NCBI GenBank assembly: GCA_050740695.1
Contig: JBOIDR010000001.1
Span: 6,762-70,761 of the forward strand
Length of the DNA: 64,000 bases
Reading direction: 5' to 3'
From: Gammaproteobacteria bacterium
Lineage (GTDB): Bacteria; Pseudomonadota; Gammaproteobacteria; JACCXJ01
Shown here: positions 42,003 to 51,010 of the stretch, in pieces
Numbering within the stretch: the stretch's first letter is position 1
How the letters are laid out: each line of letters starts with the position of its first letter
The notes under the pieces: generated by a model
Databases searched by the model: none
The model's input: the letters and a program-made list of their open reading frames with translations, nothing else
What the model was told of the DNA's origin: nothing
Made by a program: the position numbers and the translations under genes

Positions 42003-43340
42003 TCAGCGGTCGGGGAGAAACGAGAGCTTGTCGAGGGCGTTCGCCAACTCCCCGGCGTCCTGATAGCGGTCTTCGGGGGCCTTGGCCAGGAGGCGCTCGA
42101 GCAGCGGTTGATAGGCCGCGACGGCGCTCGGTAGATGCGGGATAGGTGCACCGATATGCTGGGCCATGACCTCGACGGCCGTCTTGCCCGTATAGGGCTT
42201 CGCTCCGGTCAGCATCTCGTAGAGGAGGGTCCCCGCGCTGTATAGATCGCAGCGGGGATCCCCGGGCAGGCCCTCGGATTGTTCCGGGCTCATGTAGTAG
42301 GGCGTGCCGAACGCCGGTGCCCGCCCCTCCGCTTCCGGATCGGCCGCGACGTCGTGGTGCCGGGCGATGCCGAAATCGATGAGCGCGAGACTATCGTCCT
42401 CGCGGAACATGAGGTTCTGTGGTTTGAGGTCGCGATGCACGATCCCGTGGGAATGGATGACCTCGAGCGCGCGCAGCACCTGACAGAAGATGCGCAGTGC
42501 CGTGGCCGGCCGCAATGCCCCGTAACGCAGGCGGTCTTTCAGATCGCCCTGGGAAAAGTACTCCATGGCGATGTAGACGTGCGTATCTGTGAACCCCTGT
42601 TCGTAGATACGGACGACATGGGGGCTATTGATATCCGTGATGAGGTTGTACTCCCGCATGAACAGGTCCAGGAAGCGCTCGTCTTCGATGAGCTTGCTGT
42701 CCAGGATCTTGAGTGCCATCGGGATCCCCTTGGCCAGATGCTGCGCGAGGAAGATCGTCGACATGCCGCCGGAACCGATCTTGCCGAGCATCAGGAAACC
42801 GTTCAGTCGCACCGCCTCGGGCCGGCTGCCGACGTTTCGGCGCAGCAGGAAGACATCGGACGCGGCGTCCTCCAGGGGCTCGGTATCCCCATAGGCACCG
42901 ATCGGTACCGTATCGGCGGACTGCCAGGGCACATCGCTGCTGCCCGAGCCACTCGCGAGCGCGGTGCGCACCACAGCACCTAAGGCCGCGGGCGAGAGGT
43001 CTGATTTGTGGAGCGATAGCGCGGCGTTTCCATGCGACCCAGGTGTCGCACCGTCCAGAAGCCGTACGATGGGCGGGTGCCCGGGGTGCGCCGCGAGGCC
43101 CTCCGGGAATAATACCCCAGCGCCTTCGAGCGCGTCATCGACGAGCACCACGTCGGCGTCGGCGCGCCCCGCCGCAGCGGCCGCGCGCTCCGGCACGCAT
43201 TGGTCCCACTCGTGGATCTCGGCGTCGGGCCATTCCATCGCGCAGAGCTGCGCAAGCAAGAGGCGCAGGTCCTCGCTCTCGCTGACGATGAGGATGTGCC
43301 GTGTCCCGGCGGGCTTGGAAGCGTGTATGGACAACTCCAT
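42003..43340 (-). CDS. Ser/Thr protein kinase with an N-terminal receiver-like domain
   Basis: Start trimmed to ATG 43340 (MELSIHASKPAGTRHILIVSESEDLRLLL..DVVLVDD). The Hanks kinase motifs are GSGGMSTIF, ALK, HRDLKPQN, DFG and SPE. Confidence 0.85.
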   Translation of the reverse strand: MELSIHASKPAGTRHILIVSESEDLRLLLAQLCAMEWPDAEIHEWDQCVPERAAAAAGRADADVVLVDDALEGAGVLFPEGLAAHPGHPPIVRLLDGATPGSHGNAALSLHKSDLSPAALGAVVRTALASGSGSSDVPWQSADTVPIGAYGDTEPLEDAASDVFLLRRNVGSRPEAVRLNGFLMLGKIGSGGMSTIFLAQHLAKGIPMALKILDSKLIEDERFLDLFMREYNLITDINSPHVVRIYEQGFTDTHVYIAMEYFSQGDLKDRLRYGALRPATALRIFCQVLRALEVIHSHGIVHRDLKPQNLMFREDDSLALIDFGIARHHDVAADPEAEGRAPAFGTPYYMSPEQSEGLPGDPRCDLYSAGTLLYEMLTGAKPYTGKTAVEVMAQHIGAPIPHLPSAVAAYQPLLERLLAKAPEDRYQDAGELANALDKLSFLPDR

Positions 43341-43587
43341 TCCGTGGCGTGCGACCGAGGTAGGGAGTGCGATCGAAAGTCCGCGTGCCGAGGAGGTGTC
43401 CGATCGCGAATTGAGCAGAGCTACGTTTACGCGATCCCCCGATCCCTGCCTCGCGTGCAGACCGCTTTGCGGTGCCTCCCTGCGGAGGCTGTTTCGGCAT
43501 CGAATAGGGTGACCTTGAGAAATACGGCCACGAGCGCGAGCGGTGTCGTCTAACAAGCAGCCCGCTGACTATGTGCACCGTTACCCC

Positions 43588-44601
43588 CTATGCAACTGGC
43601 ACAGCAATACGCTCCTCTGCGGCTACCTGGTAACGGCCCGACTCATAAGACCAGTCGAGATTGCCGCGTATCCAAGCTCCCATTCCGACAACAAAGCGCC
43701 GAACGATGCCATCGACTTCGGGGCCAAACGATGGCAAATCGTTTTGCAACACCATGAAATCCTTAACCTCCCGTTCGATGAGTCTCGCCGCGCGATCCAC
43801 CGCCGCCTGGAGGGTGATGTGCCCCTCGTGCTGAAGGATCAGCGCGAGATTATGGATATCGCCGTGCGCGCGCTCCTTTCGTAAGGAGATGAGATCATTG
43901 CACCAACAAACGACATTGCACGTGATCAGCATAAGCCGGCGATAGCACGGGTGCTCGCGCACCACGAGCGGCAGCGTGTGCGCCTCGGTCATATCGATTA
44001 GGTTGATAACGGTGTACACAGCCCCCGTGTAAGGGCGCATCCGAGAGTAGGTGACCGAGTCTGGCCATGCCCCGCGTTCGCGGTTTTCGCTCTCCCAAAC
44101 CGATGCCTCGAAGTACTCGGACACGCTCACTGCGAAGCGGTCCATCCAGGCCCTGGGCATGAGGTTCTGCATTCGTCCGCGTAGCTCATCGAGGGCCAAG
44201 ATCAAGGGCACGTCTGGTCGGCCGGGCCGTGGTCGTGACCGGTTGGACACGTGTTCGGGTGCCTGGCCGGAAAGCACCTCTAGGCACTGCGCATGCAGCG
44301 CCTTCAGGCGCTCCGGCCGCTTCCCGATCCCGGTCTCATCGCACTCGTCATCAATAGAAAAGAGCCAGGTGTTCCAGTCCGACCCGATGGCCAGTTCATC
44401 GAGAGAAGCGCTCGTGTACGTGCGCGCGGCCAGCTTCGCGGGCTTCGTTTTCCGGAGACGTTCGTAACCGGACTCGTCCTTAGCGAGCGAAAAGCGCCGG
44501 GCCCACGCGAGCGTGTGTTCCTCAACGGTTTCGACGTGCGGGTTTACCTCCGGCCGGAACGGACAGTACAATTGCGGTATCACGAAATCTTCCTGGTTCA
44601 T
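43588..44601 (-). CDS. Class I terpene synthase (bacterial sesquiterpene-cyclase type, single alpha domain)
   Basis: Start trimmed to ATG 44601 (MNQEDFVIPQLYCPF). It has the Asp-rich motif FSIDDECDE, the NSE triad NDLISLRKE and a C-terminal ..SGRY. 337 aa. Confidence 0.8.
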   Translation of the reverse strand: MNQEDFVIPQLYCPFRPEVNPHVETVEEHTLAWARRFSLAKDESGYERLRKTKPAKLAARTYTSASLDELAIGSDWNTWLFSIDDECDETGIGKRPERLKALHAQCLEVLSGQAPEHVSNRSRPRPGRPDVPLILALDELRGRMQNLMPRAWMDRFAVSVSEYFEASVWESENRERGAWPDSVTYSRMRPYTGAVYTVINLIDMTEAHTLPLVVREHPCYRRLMLITCNVVCWCNDLISLRKERAHGDIHNLALILQHEGHITLQAAVDRAARLIEREVKDFMVLQNDLPSFGPEVDGIVRRFVVGMGAWIRGNLDWSYESGRYQVAAEERIAVPVA

Positions 44602-44623
44602 CACATGATTTGCCCCTGGTTTT

Positions 44624-47503
44624 CTAGCCCTGGTCGCACCCGACTTGCGATTGCCGCGAACCCGCCCTCGCAAGCTCGGCCAAATGAAACCCTTGTACCA
44701 ACGTCACCCCCATCTCCTCGAGCAGCGTCAAGGTCGCAGCGTCCTCCACGCCTTCGGCGATGACGGTCCTGCCGTAACAGCGGATCATGGTGGTGATGGC
44801 GCGGACGAAGCCGCGATCTCGCGGGTCTGTGGCAAGCCCCTTCACCAGCGATTGGTCGATCTTGACGAAGCTCGCGGGGAGCTCTTTCAGGTAATAGAGC
44901 GAGCTGAAACCGGAGCCGAAATCATCCAAGGCAAAGCGGACCCCGAGCGCCACGAGCTCGTCCATGATTCGCCGCGCCAGGGCCATGTCGCCGATCATGT
45001 CCGTCTCGGTGATCTCGAAGATGACGCGCATGGGATCCAGGCCCCTCTTAGCCACGGCTGTCTTGACATGCTCCGCCCAGCGTCCGTCCGCGAGCGCTGC
45101 GGTCGAGAGATTCACGGACAGAGACTGCGCAGCGCCCGACGCGAGGACCTCTATGGCCAGGCGCGCCGCGTAGCAGTCGATCTCATAGCCCAGACCCGCC
45201 CGCTGGGCCGCGGGGAGGAATTCGCCGGGAGAGACGATCCGGCCGTCCTCGAGTCGGAGCCGCAGGAGCGCCTCGTGGAATGCCACCCTCCCGCTCCCGA
45301 CCTCGATTACCGGCTCGTACTCGAAAAATAGATGCCCGTCGACGAGCGCGCGAGATAAAAGGTCCTTCCAATGGATCCCGCCCGCCAGCGCCCCGGCGTC
45401 TTCGTGTTCGTGTGCGAACATCCGGAAGCAGGAGCGCCCGGCGCGCTTGGCCTCGTACATGGCGAGGTCCGCGTGCGCGAGCAGCTCCTCGGAATCGCTG
45501 CCGTGCTGGGGCAAGAGCGCGATCCCGATGCTGGCACCGGTGCGATAACGGCGCTCGCCATAGACGAACGGCACCTGGGCCAGGCGCTCGATGATCTGGC
45601 GCGCGAAGGCGGCGGCCCCGTAGGCATCGGTACTCGGCATGAGCATCACGAACTCGTCCCCGCCCAGTCGCGCGACGATATCGGACTTACGCGCCCGGGC
45701 ACGCAATTCCTCGGCGACCCAGCGCAGCAGCGCGTCGCCCGCGGGATGACCGCTCCTGTCGTTGATCTCCTTGAAGTGGTCGAGGTCGAAGAGCAAGACG
45801 GCGGACACCATGCCGCCGCGAGCCACCTGGTCATAGGTGCGCTTCAGTTCCTCGAGGAAACGGTGGCGGTTGACGAGCCCGGTCAAGCCGTCGTGGTTGG
45901 CGAGCCAGCGCATGCGCGATTCCGCCTCCACCCGATCGGTGACATCGAGGCCGACCGAGAGCACGGCGGTGCCGTCGCTGTGCTCCTCGCGGAGCGGTGT
46001 GTGTACCCACACGATCTGCCGTGACTCACCGTCCCGCCGGGACAGTGGATACTCTTGCTCTAGACGCCGCCCGCCGGTCTGGGTCAGGGCCTCGAGCCCC
46101 GCCAGGACCTCCACGTGAGCCTCCACATCCCCAATCAGGTCCACGAAGCGCCGTCCCTTGAGCTCGGAGGGGGAGAATCCAGTGAGCTGTGCCGCGAGCT
46201 CGTTGGCCGCCTGGATCACACCGTAACGCGTCTGCGTCACCACCAGCACCTGCGCGGAATCGAGGAGGCCGCGGACGAAGTCGCGCTCGACGGCGAGCTC
46301 CTGGTTCTTGGCCGAAATGGCGCGTGCATTCTCTTCGAGCTGGTCGGAGAGCGTCGCCGCCGTCTCGTACAGGACATCGACCTCGTCGCGAAACTGCGAG
46401 GCGGGCTTGGATGCTGAGAGGTCGGCCCGTGCCCGGTCATAGGCACCCTCGGCCAGCAAGGGCAACGTCCCTGCCAGGCGCCGCAGGCGCCGCACCGGGA
46501 GGGTCACGAGGTACAAGAGGATTAGCTCGGCCACGCCGAGCGCCCCCGCCGTCGCGACAAACCCTTGGCGCGCGGCGGCGCGGATGGCAGCCAGGCGCGC
46601 GCTAACGTCGGCGATGAGGACTACAAATCCGGTCTCGGCTGGGATGAACTCGGCGAGCGGCACGCGATGGACCTCGTAGCTCGCGCCCCCCCATTCGACG
46701 AGCCGGCCGTCATTCAAGGCCGCGGGATCGGGGATGTCGCCGCTCAGATCCTCGAGCAAGGGCATGATCCGGCTACTCTCCGTGAGCGCCGGCACCACCG
46801 TCCCCCACGCAGGCAGGTGCGCGCCACCGTTCCCGCCGGCCGGTACCACAATGGCGAGATCGGCGCCGGTCAAGGCCCGGAACTCGATGACGAGGTCGGC
46901 GATGGACTGGCCGACCGCCAGAACCGCGACGTTTTCGGCCCCCGCGAGCACCGGCACGAAGGCGTTCAAGAGACAAAGCGGCTGGCAGGCGAGAAGTGTC
47001 ACCGGGGCCTCCTCACTCCGCACCTCGGCGAGCGCAGCCCGCAAGCGCGGCTCGGGCAGGTCCTCGGCCTCGGTCTGCGTCCAACGCCACACCCGCTCCT
47101 CGCCTTTCTCGCCGGCCAGGAAGAGCTCGATGCGCTGGACTTCGAGCTCATAGCCCAGGCTCGCGTAGCGGGCTGCGGCGGTGACGGCCGCCAGCCGCTC
47201 GCGATTGCCGGACTTGATGGCGTCCCCGAGGTCCCCCATGGACACGATGGCGCTCGCGAGCCGCACCAGGCGATCCGAGGTGCCTTTGAACAGACCCCCG
47301 ATCTGCTTGCGGTACGACGCCACCTCAGCGGCCCGCTGCGCCCGGAACTGCTCGGTTAGGTGATACTGGCTGAGGGTGTAGAAGGCGGCGGAGAGAAACA
47401 GCAGGAGGCCACTCAGCCACAGGAATGCTTTCCAGTGAAGACCGAGGAAGCGCCGGCGCTGATCTCCCGGAATCGGGGTCGCGTCTCCCCCGCGTCGTCG
47501 CAT
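44624..47503 (-). CDS. Sensor diguanylate cyclase/phosphodiesterase (periplasmic sensor - TM - PAS - GGDEF - EAL)
   Basis: Start trimmed to ATG 47503, which has a 4-nt ATGA overlap with the upstream gene. Contains RLGGDEFVML and HEALLRL plus the downstream EAL-domain motif DDFGSG. Confidence 0.9.
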   Translation of the reverse strand: MRRRGGDATPIPGDQRRRFLGLHWKAFLWLSGLLLFLSAAFYTLSQYHLTEQFRAQRAAEVASYRKQIGGLFKGTSDRLVRLASAIVSMGDLGDAIKSGNRERLAAVTAAARYASLGYELEVQRIELFLAGEKGEERVWRWTQTEAEDLPEPRLRAALAEVRSEEAPVTLLACQPLCLLNAFVPVLAGAENVAVLAVGQSIADLVIEFRALTGADLAIVVPAGGNGGAHLPAWGTVVPALTESSRIMPLLEDLSGDIPDPAALNDGRLVEWGGASYEVHRVPLAEFIPAETGFVVLIADVSARLAAIRAAARQGFVATAGALGVAELILLYLVTLPVRRLRRLAGTLPLLAEGAYDRARADLSASKPASQFRDEVDVLYETAATLSDQLEENARAISAKNQELAVERDFVRGLLDSAQVLVVTQTRYGVIQAANELAAQLTGFSPSELKGRRFVDLIGDVEAHVEVLAGLEALTQTGGRRLEQEYPLSRRDGESRQIVWVHTPLREEHSDGTAVLSVGLDVTDRVEAESRMRWLANHDGLTGLVNRHRFLEELKRTYDQVARGGMVSAVLLFDLDHFKEINDRSGHPAGDALLRWVAEELRARARKSDIVARLGGDEFVMLMPSTDAYGAAAFARQIIERLAQVPFVYGERRYRTGASIGIALLPQHGSDSEELLAHADLAMYEAKRAGRSCFRMFAHEHEDAGALAGGIHWKDLLSRALVDGHLFFEYEPVIEVGSGRVAFHEALLRLRLEDGRIVSPGEFLPAAQRAGLGYEIDCYAARLAIEVLASGAAQSLSVNLSTAALADGRWAEHVKTAVAKRGLDPMRVIFEITETDMIGDMALARRIMDELVALGVRFALDDFGSGFSSLYYLKELPASFVKIDQSLVKGLATDPRDRGFVRAITTMIRCYGRTVIAEGVEDAATLTLLEEMGVTLVQGFHLAELARAGSRQSQVGCDQG

Positions 47504-48756
47504 CAGAATCGATAGGAGAACATCAACGCAAACAGGTCCCAGTGGCCATCGCTCACCTCGCGCGCCCGCGTGGGGTCGTTGATGCCCGGATTGTCGATGG
47601 GTGACAGCCAACCGGTGCCGTCGACGTTGTGATATTCCGCCGCGACCAGCCAGTCGTCCAGGAATTCCCAACGCAGGCCGAAGGTCAGGTCCTTGGCATA
47701 GAAACGGTGCCGGGGGAGCCCGAAGCCACGCCCCGTTGCGCTACCATCGTGGTCATCGGCATTGGCGAAGAAGGCGTCGTAGCGCGCGACGGCCGACCAA
47801 CGCGGCGCGAACCGATATTCAGCCTGGAGATAGTAGCTCTCGGAGGTGTTGTCCACCAAAAACTCGCGGGCCGTACGGTCGGGCGGAAGCATCGGGAAGA
47901 TCCCGGTCCGATCACTGTTGATCCGAAAATACTCGGCCGTAAAGCTCCATTCCTCCAGATTGACCTGGGCGGACACGAGCGGCGCGAAGACATTGACGGT
48001 TCCGGGCAACGCACCGAGCGAATCGGCTTCGAAATCCAGGTCCAAGTCCACGGCAGTGAAGCGCAGGCGGAAACGCCCTTCCTGCCATTCGTAGCCTGCG
48101 CGGCCTACGAAAACCCGCCCACCCAGAGTCCCCTGCACCCGTGGGATCCCAGTGAGAAAGTCGATGGCGCTGTCGGTGATCGGGTCTCCGACCAGAAGCT
48201 CGGTAGTGAAGGCGTGATCGCCGAAACGGTAACGACCATAGGCGATACCGCCATCCGAAGCAAGCTCCCCTGTGCGCAGCTGTAAGGAATCAAAATAGAT
48301 AGATTGAGGCAGGAGCACGCTGGGCCGGGTCCAAACGGCGTCACGGGCCTCGTTGTAGAGGCCGAAGGGGTTCTTCACGCGCCCCCCCCGGATACCAAAG
48401 GTCAAGTCATCGCGAACCGGCAGGCTGAGATCGAGGTTGGCGTAATCGAGTCGGAAACCGAGATCGTCCGACCCCCCCGCGTCGCGATAAATACCCTGCA
48501 CGGCAAACAGGAGGTTCGACAGAGGGTGCCCCAGGACGTTGAGCCCGAGCTCGGTGAACTCCAGGCTCCCATCGCCCTGGCTGTTGCCGAAGAAGTCGTT
48601 GGCAGAGGTATAGGTATAGCCCTGGCTTGCGAACCCATGCATCTGGAAGTCGCGGAACCCGAGGTCGATGGCATGAGCCGGTGTCGCTAGACCGACGAGT
48701 AGCCCCATGACCCCTCGCAAGACCGGTGCGATGCCTCGCGGTGATGTCCTCAGCAT
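47503..48756 (-). CDS. Putative outer-membrane beta-barrel (porin-like) protein
   Basis: 417 aa with a signal peptide ending AHA, alternating beta-strand pattern throughout, and a C-terminal aromatic beta-signal ...LMFSYRF. Confidence 0.6.
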   Translation of the reverse strand: MLRTSPRGIAPVLRGVMGLLVGLATPAHAIDLGFRDFQMHGFASQGYTYTSANDFFGNSQGDGSLEFTELGLNVLGHPLSNLLFAVQGIYRDAGGSDDLGFRLDYANLDLSLPVRDDLTFGIRGGRVKNPFGLYNEARDAVWTRPSVLLPQSIYFDSLQLRTGELASDGGIAYGRYRFGDHAFTTELLVGDPITDSAIDFLTGIPRVQGTLGGRVFVGRAGYEWQEGRFRLRFTAVDLDLDFEADSLGALPGTVNVFAPLVSAQVNLEEWSFTAEYFRINSDRTGIFPMLPPDRTAREFLVDNTSESYYLQAEYRFAPRWSAVARYDAFFANADDHDGSATGRGFGLPRHRFYAKDLTFGLRWEFLDDWLVAAEYHNVDGTGWLSPIDNPGINDPTRAREVSDGHWDLFALMFSYRF

Positions 48757-48774
48757 GATCCCCTCCTGCTACTC

Positions 48775-49233
48775 TTACTCTTCCGCATAGCCGATGGCAC
48801 CCGGCGTTTCATCGACGCGCTCGCGGACCTCCTGCGGGGTGTTCACGACCGTGGGCGGTACGCCGGTCCCCGAATACAGGATCCGGTCCCAGGTCGAGCG
48901 CAACTGATAGGGATAGACCCCCAGGACCTCCTTACTGAAACGCACATGGAGAGGATGCCGATCCGGGAGCACGAAGACCCGGATCGGATCGCCTTTCGGC
49001 CATTTGGTCTGGCGGGCAAAAAAAATGTCGCGCAGCTCGGTGCGCGTCAGAGATGTGACGCTATCCCGCGAACCGGCGTAGGGCACGACGCGCGAGTCTG
49101 CGGCGCTAGCCCCGAGGCACCAGAGGCCCAGGACTGCGCAGCAAACGCGCAACGGCAATGACCCAAGCCGGCGGCCACGTTTAGCCGCACCCAAGCGGCC
49201 TCCCTCGGTGGAACGCAGGCGCATTTCCCCCAA
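48775..49233 (-). CDS. Small periplasmic substrate-binding-domain (PstS/PBP-like) protein
   Basis: 152 aa with a signal peptide. LTRTELRDIFFARQTKWPKGDPIRVFVLPD...GAIGY resembles PBP-like type-2 domains. Confidence 0.5.
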   Translation of the reverse strand: MGEMRLRSTEGGRLGAAKRGRRLGSLPLRVCCAVLGLWCLGASAADSRVVPYAGSRDSVTSLTRTELRDIFFARQTKWPKGDPIRVFVLPDRHPLHVRFSKEVLGVYPYQLRSTWDRILYSGTGVPPTVVNTPQEVRERVDETPGAIGYAEE

Positions 49234-49323
49234 GCCCCCCTTCCCAACGCTTTAAGCTTAGCAGACTACGGGCCGAGAGGCATGCTTGCACAAGTTGTTG
49301 CGCAGGAGCCTTGAAACTCGCAG

Positions 49324-50943
49324 CTATACATACCCCCGCTGCCGTAAATACAACTCGATGTCCTCGCGGGAAAAGCCCAAGCGCTTAGCGATCCGATCGG
49401 CGTGGCTCACGGTCGAGATCCCGTCGATGAGCCGATAGGTCGGCGCCTCACCGGCGAACTCCACCTGCCGGCAGGCCGCAGATCGCCGGCGGCGAAAGCG
49501 CTCGACCAGCTCGTGGTTATGCGTGATGAGGATCGTGCTGCTGCCGATGCGGCCGAAGCCCGACAGGATGGCCTCGGAGATCGCGATCTTCTCCTCGTAA
49601 GTCGTGCCCTCCGCCATCTCGTCCAGGATCACGAGCGACTTGGGCGAGGCGCCGAGGAAGATCGATTTGGTGCGCACCAGCTCGGTCCCGAAACGGCCCT
49701 CGGCGTCGGTGAGCGATCCCGCCTCCGGGGTCTGGTAGAAGATGCGATCCGAGATCGCCACCTCGGCTTCCGAGGCCGGGACATAGCCGCCGATCTGGGC
49801 CAGCAGTTGCACCTGGGCGATGGTCTTGCAAAGCGCCGTCTTGCCGCCGCTGTTGGGACCGGTGATGAGGGTGAGCCGCGTGTCCTTTAGGTCGATGTCG
49901 TTCGGGACGTAATCGTGGTTCCCGGATCCCAGGATCGGATTACGCGCGCCGCGGAGCCTCAGGAAGTGTCTCGGCGAGTCCACCACCCTGGGGAGGACCG
50001 TCGCGGAACCGAAGGACCGCGCATAGCGGTGCAGGGCCAAGAGCTCGTCGATCCGCCCGAGGGCCGCGAGCACGCGGCGCACCTCGTCCGCCGCCCGAAA
50101 GCAATCGCGCAAGGGATAGACGAACTGGTCGCGGTCGAATCCACCCACGGCCGGGACATACAAGAGAGCCACCGGCAGCAACAGCACGAACGAGATCCCG
50201 GCGAGCGGGGACACGGGCAACCCGGCCGGAAACGGGTTCAACTGGCCGAGGAGCACCACGCACAAAGCCAAACCGAAGAGGAGCCCCGGCTTGAACAAGG
50301 ATGGCCGAAACCGAAACGCCGGCCACCACTTGGGTTTCTCGCCCGGGAGGCGGATCCCGCGCTCGGTGAGGTACACCGGACCACGCATCAGCGCACAGGC
50401 GCGCGCCTCGGCGAACCCGGCGAGGGTCTCGATCAGCTCGTTGAGGTAAGCGCTTTCGGGATGCGGGAGGTCACGCGCCATCGCAGTGATCTCCAACAGG
50501 AAGCGTGTGCCGTGGCGGTACTGTGCATAGCCGTAGCCGTCGAACTCGAGCTTCCCGGCGGCCGTGCCCAGCATACCCGTGAAGGCCCCGAAGAGAAGGT
50601 GGTAGAGGATCGATTCGCCTTTCTGCGCCCAGGCCACCAGGGACTCGAGTCGCTCACGCAGATCGTCGCGCGCATCGAGCTCCCGCAGGGCTTGTTGGCG
50701 CGCTTCGATGGCGGGAAGGCCATCACACGGCCGGCACAGGGAGGAATACAGGCTCGCCTGGCCGATGGTGGTGCGACAGGTATTCAGGGTGTCGAAGAGC
50801 CTCTGCACCTCGATGGCGCGGAAGGTATCGGGATCGAGGATGCCCGGGGCGCGATCGAAATCGATGCCCACGGCGCGCACCGCCGCACGCGGGTCGCGAG
50901 CCACTGCCAGCGCTTCGAAAAATCGGCCCACGGTATCGGGCAT
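49324..50943 (-). CDS. MutS-related ATPase (MutS domain V only) with a helical N-domain and two TM helices
   Basis: Start trimmed to ATG 50943. Contains LITGPNSGGKTALCKTIAQVQLLAQIGGYVPA (Walker A), LVILDEMAEGT (Walker B) and ILITHNHEL. The TM pair is LLFGLALCVVLLGQL and ISFVLLLPVALLYVPAV. No mismatch-binding, clamp or Smr domain is seen. Confidence 0.72.
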   Translation of the reverse strand: MPDTVGRFFEALAVARDPRAAVRAVGIDFDRAPGILDPDTFRAIEVQRLFDTLNTCRTTIGQASLYSSLCRPCDGLPAIEARQQALRELDARDDLRERLESLVAWAQKGESILYHLLFGAFTGMLGTAAGKLEFDGYGYAQYRHGTRFLLEITAMARDLPHPESAYLNELIETLAGFAEARACALMRGPVYLTERGIRLPGEKPKWWPAFRFRPSLFKPGLLFGLALCVVLLGQLNPFPAGLPVSPLAGISFVLLLPVALLYVPAVGGFDRDQFVYPLRDCFRAADEVRRVLAALGRIDELLALHRYARSFGSATVLPRVVDSPRHFLRLRGARNPILGSGNHDYVPNDIDLKDTRLTLITGPNSGGKTALCKTIAQVQLLAQIGGYVPASEAEVAISDRIFYQTPEAGSLTDAEGRFGTELVRTKSIFLGASPKSLVILDEMAEGTTYEEKIAISEAILSGFGRIGSSTILITHNHELVERFRRRRSAACRQVEFAGEAPTYRLIDGISTVSHADRIAKRLGFSREDIELYLRQRGYV

Positions 50944-51010
50944 GGGTACGGCCCCTCGGTCGCCGCAAGCGGTTTGCAATCGTGAAGGAGAAGGGAATAA
51001 TAACGCGCCC

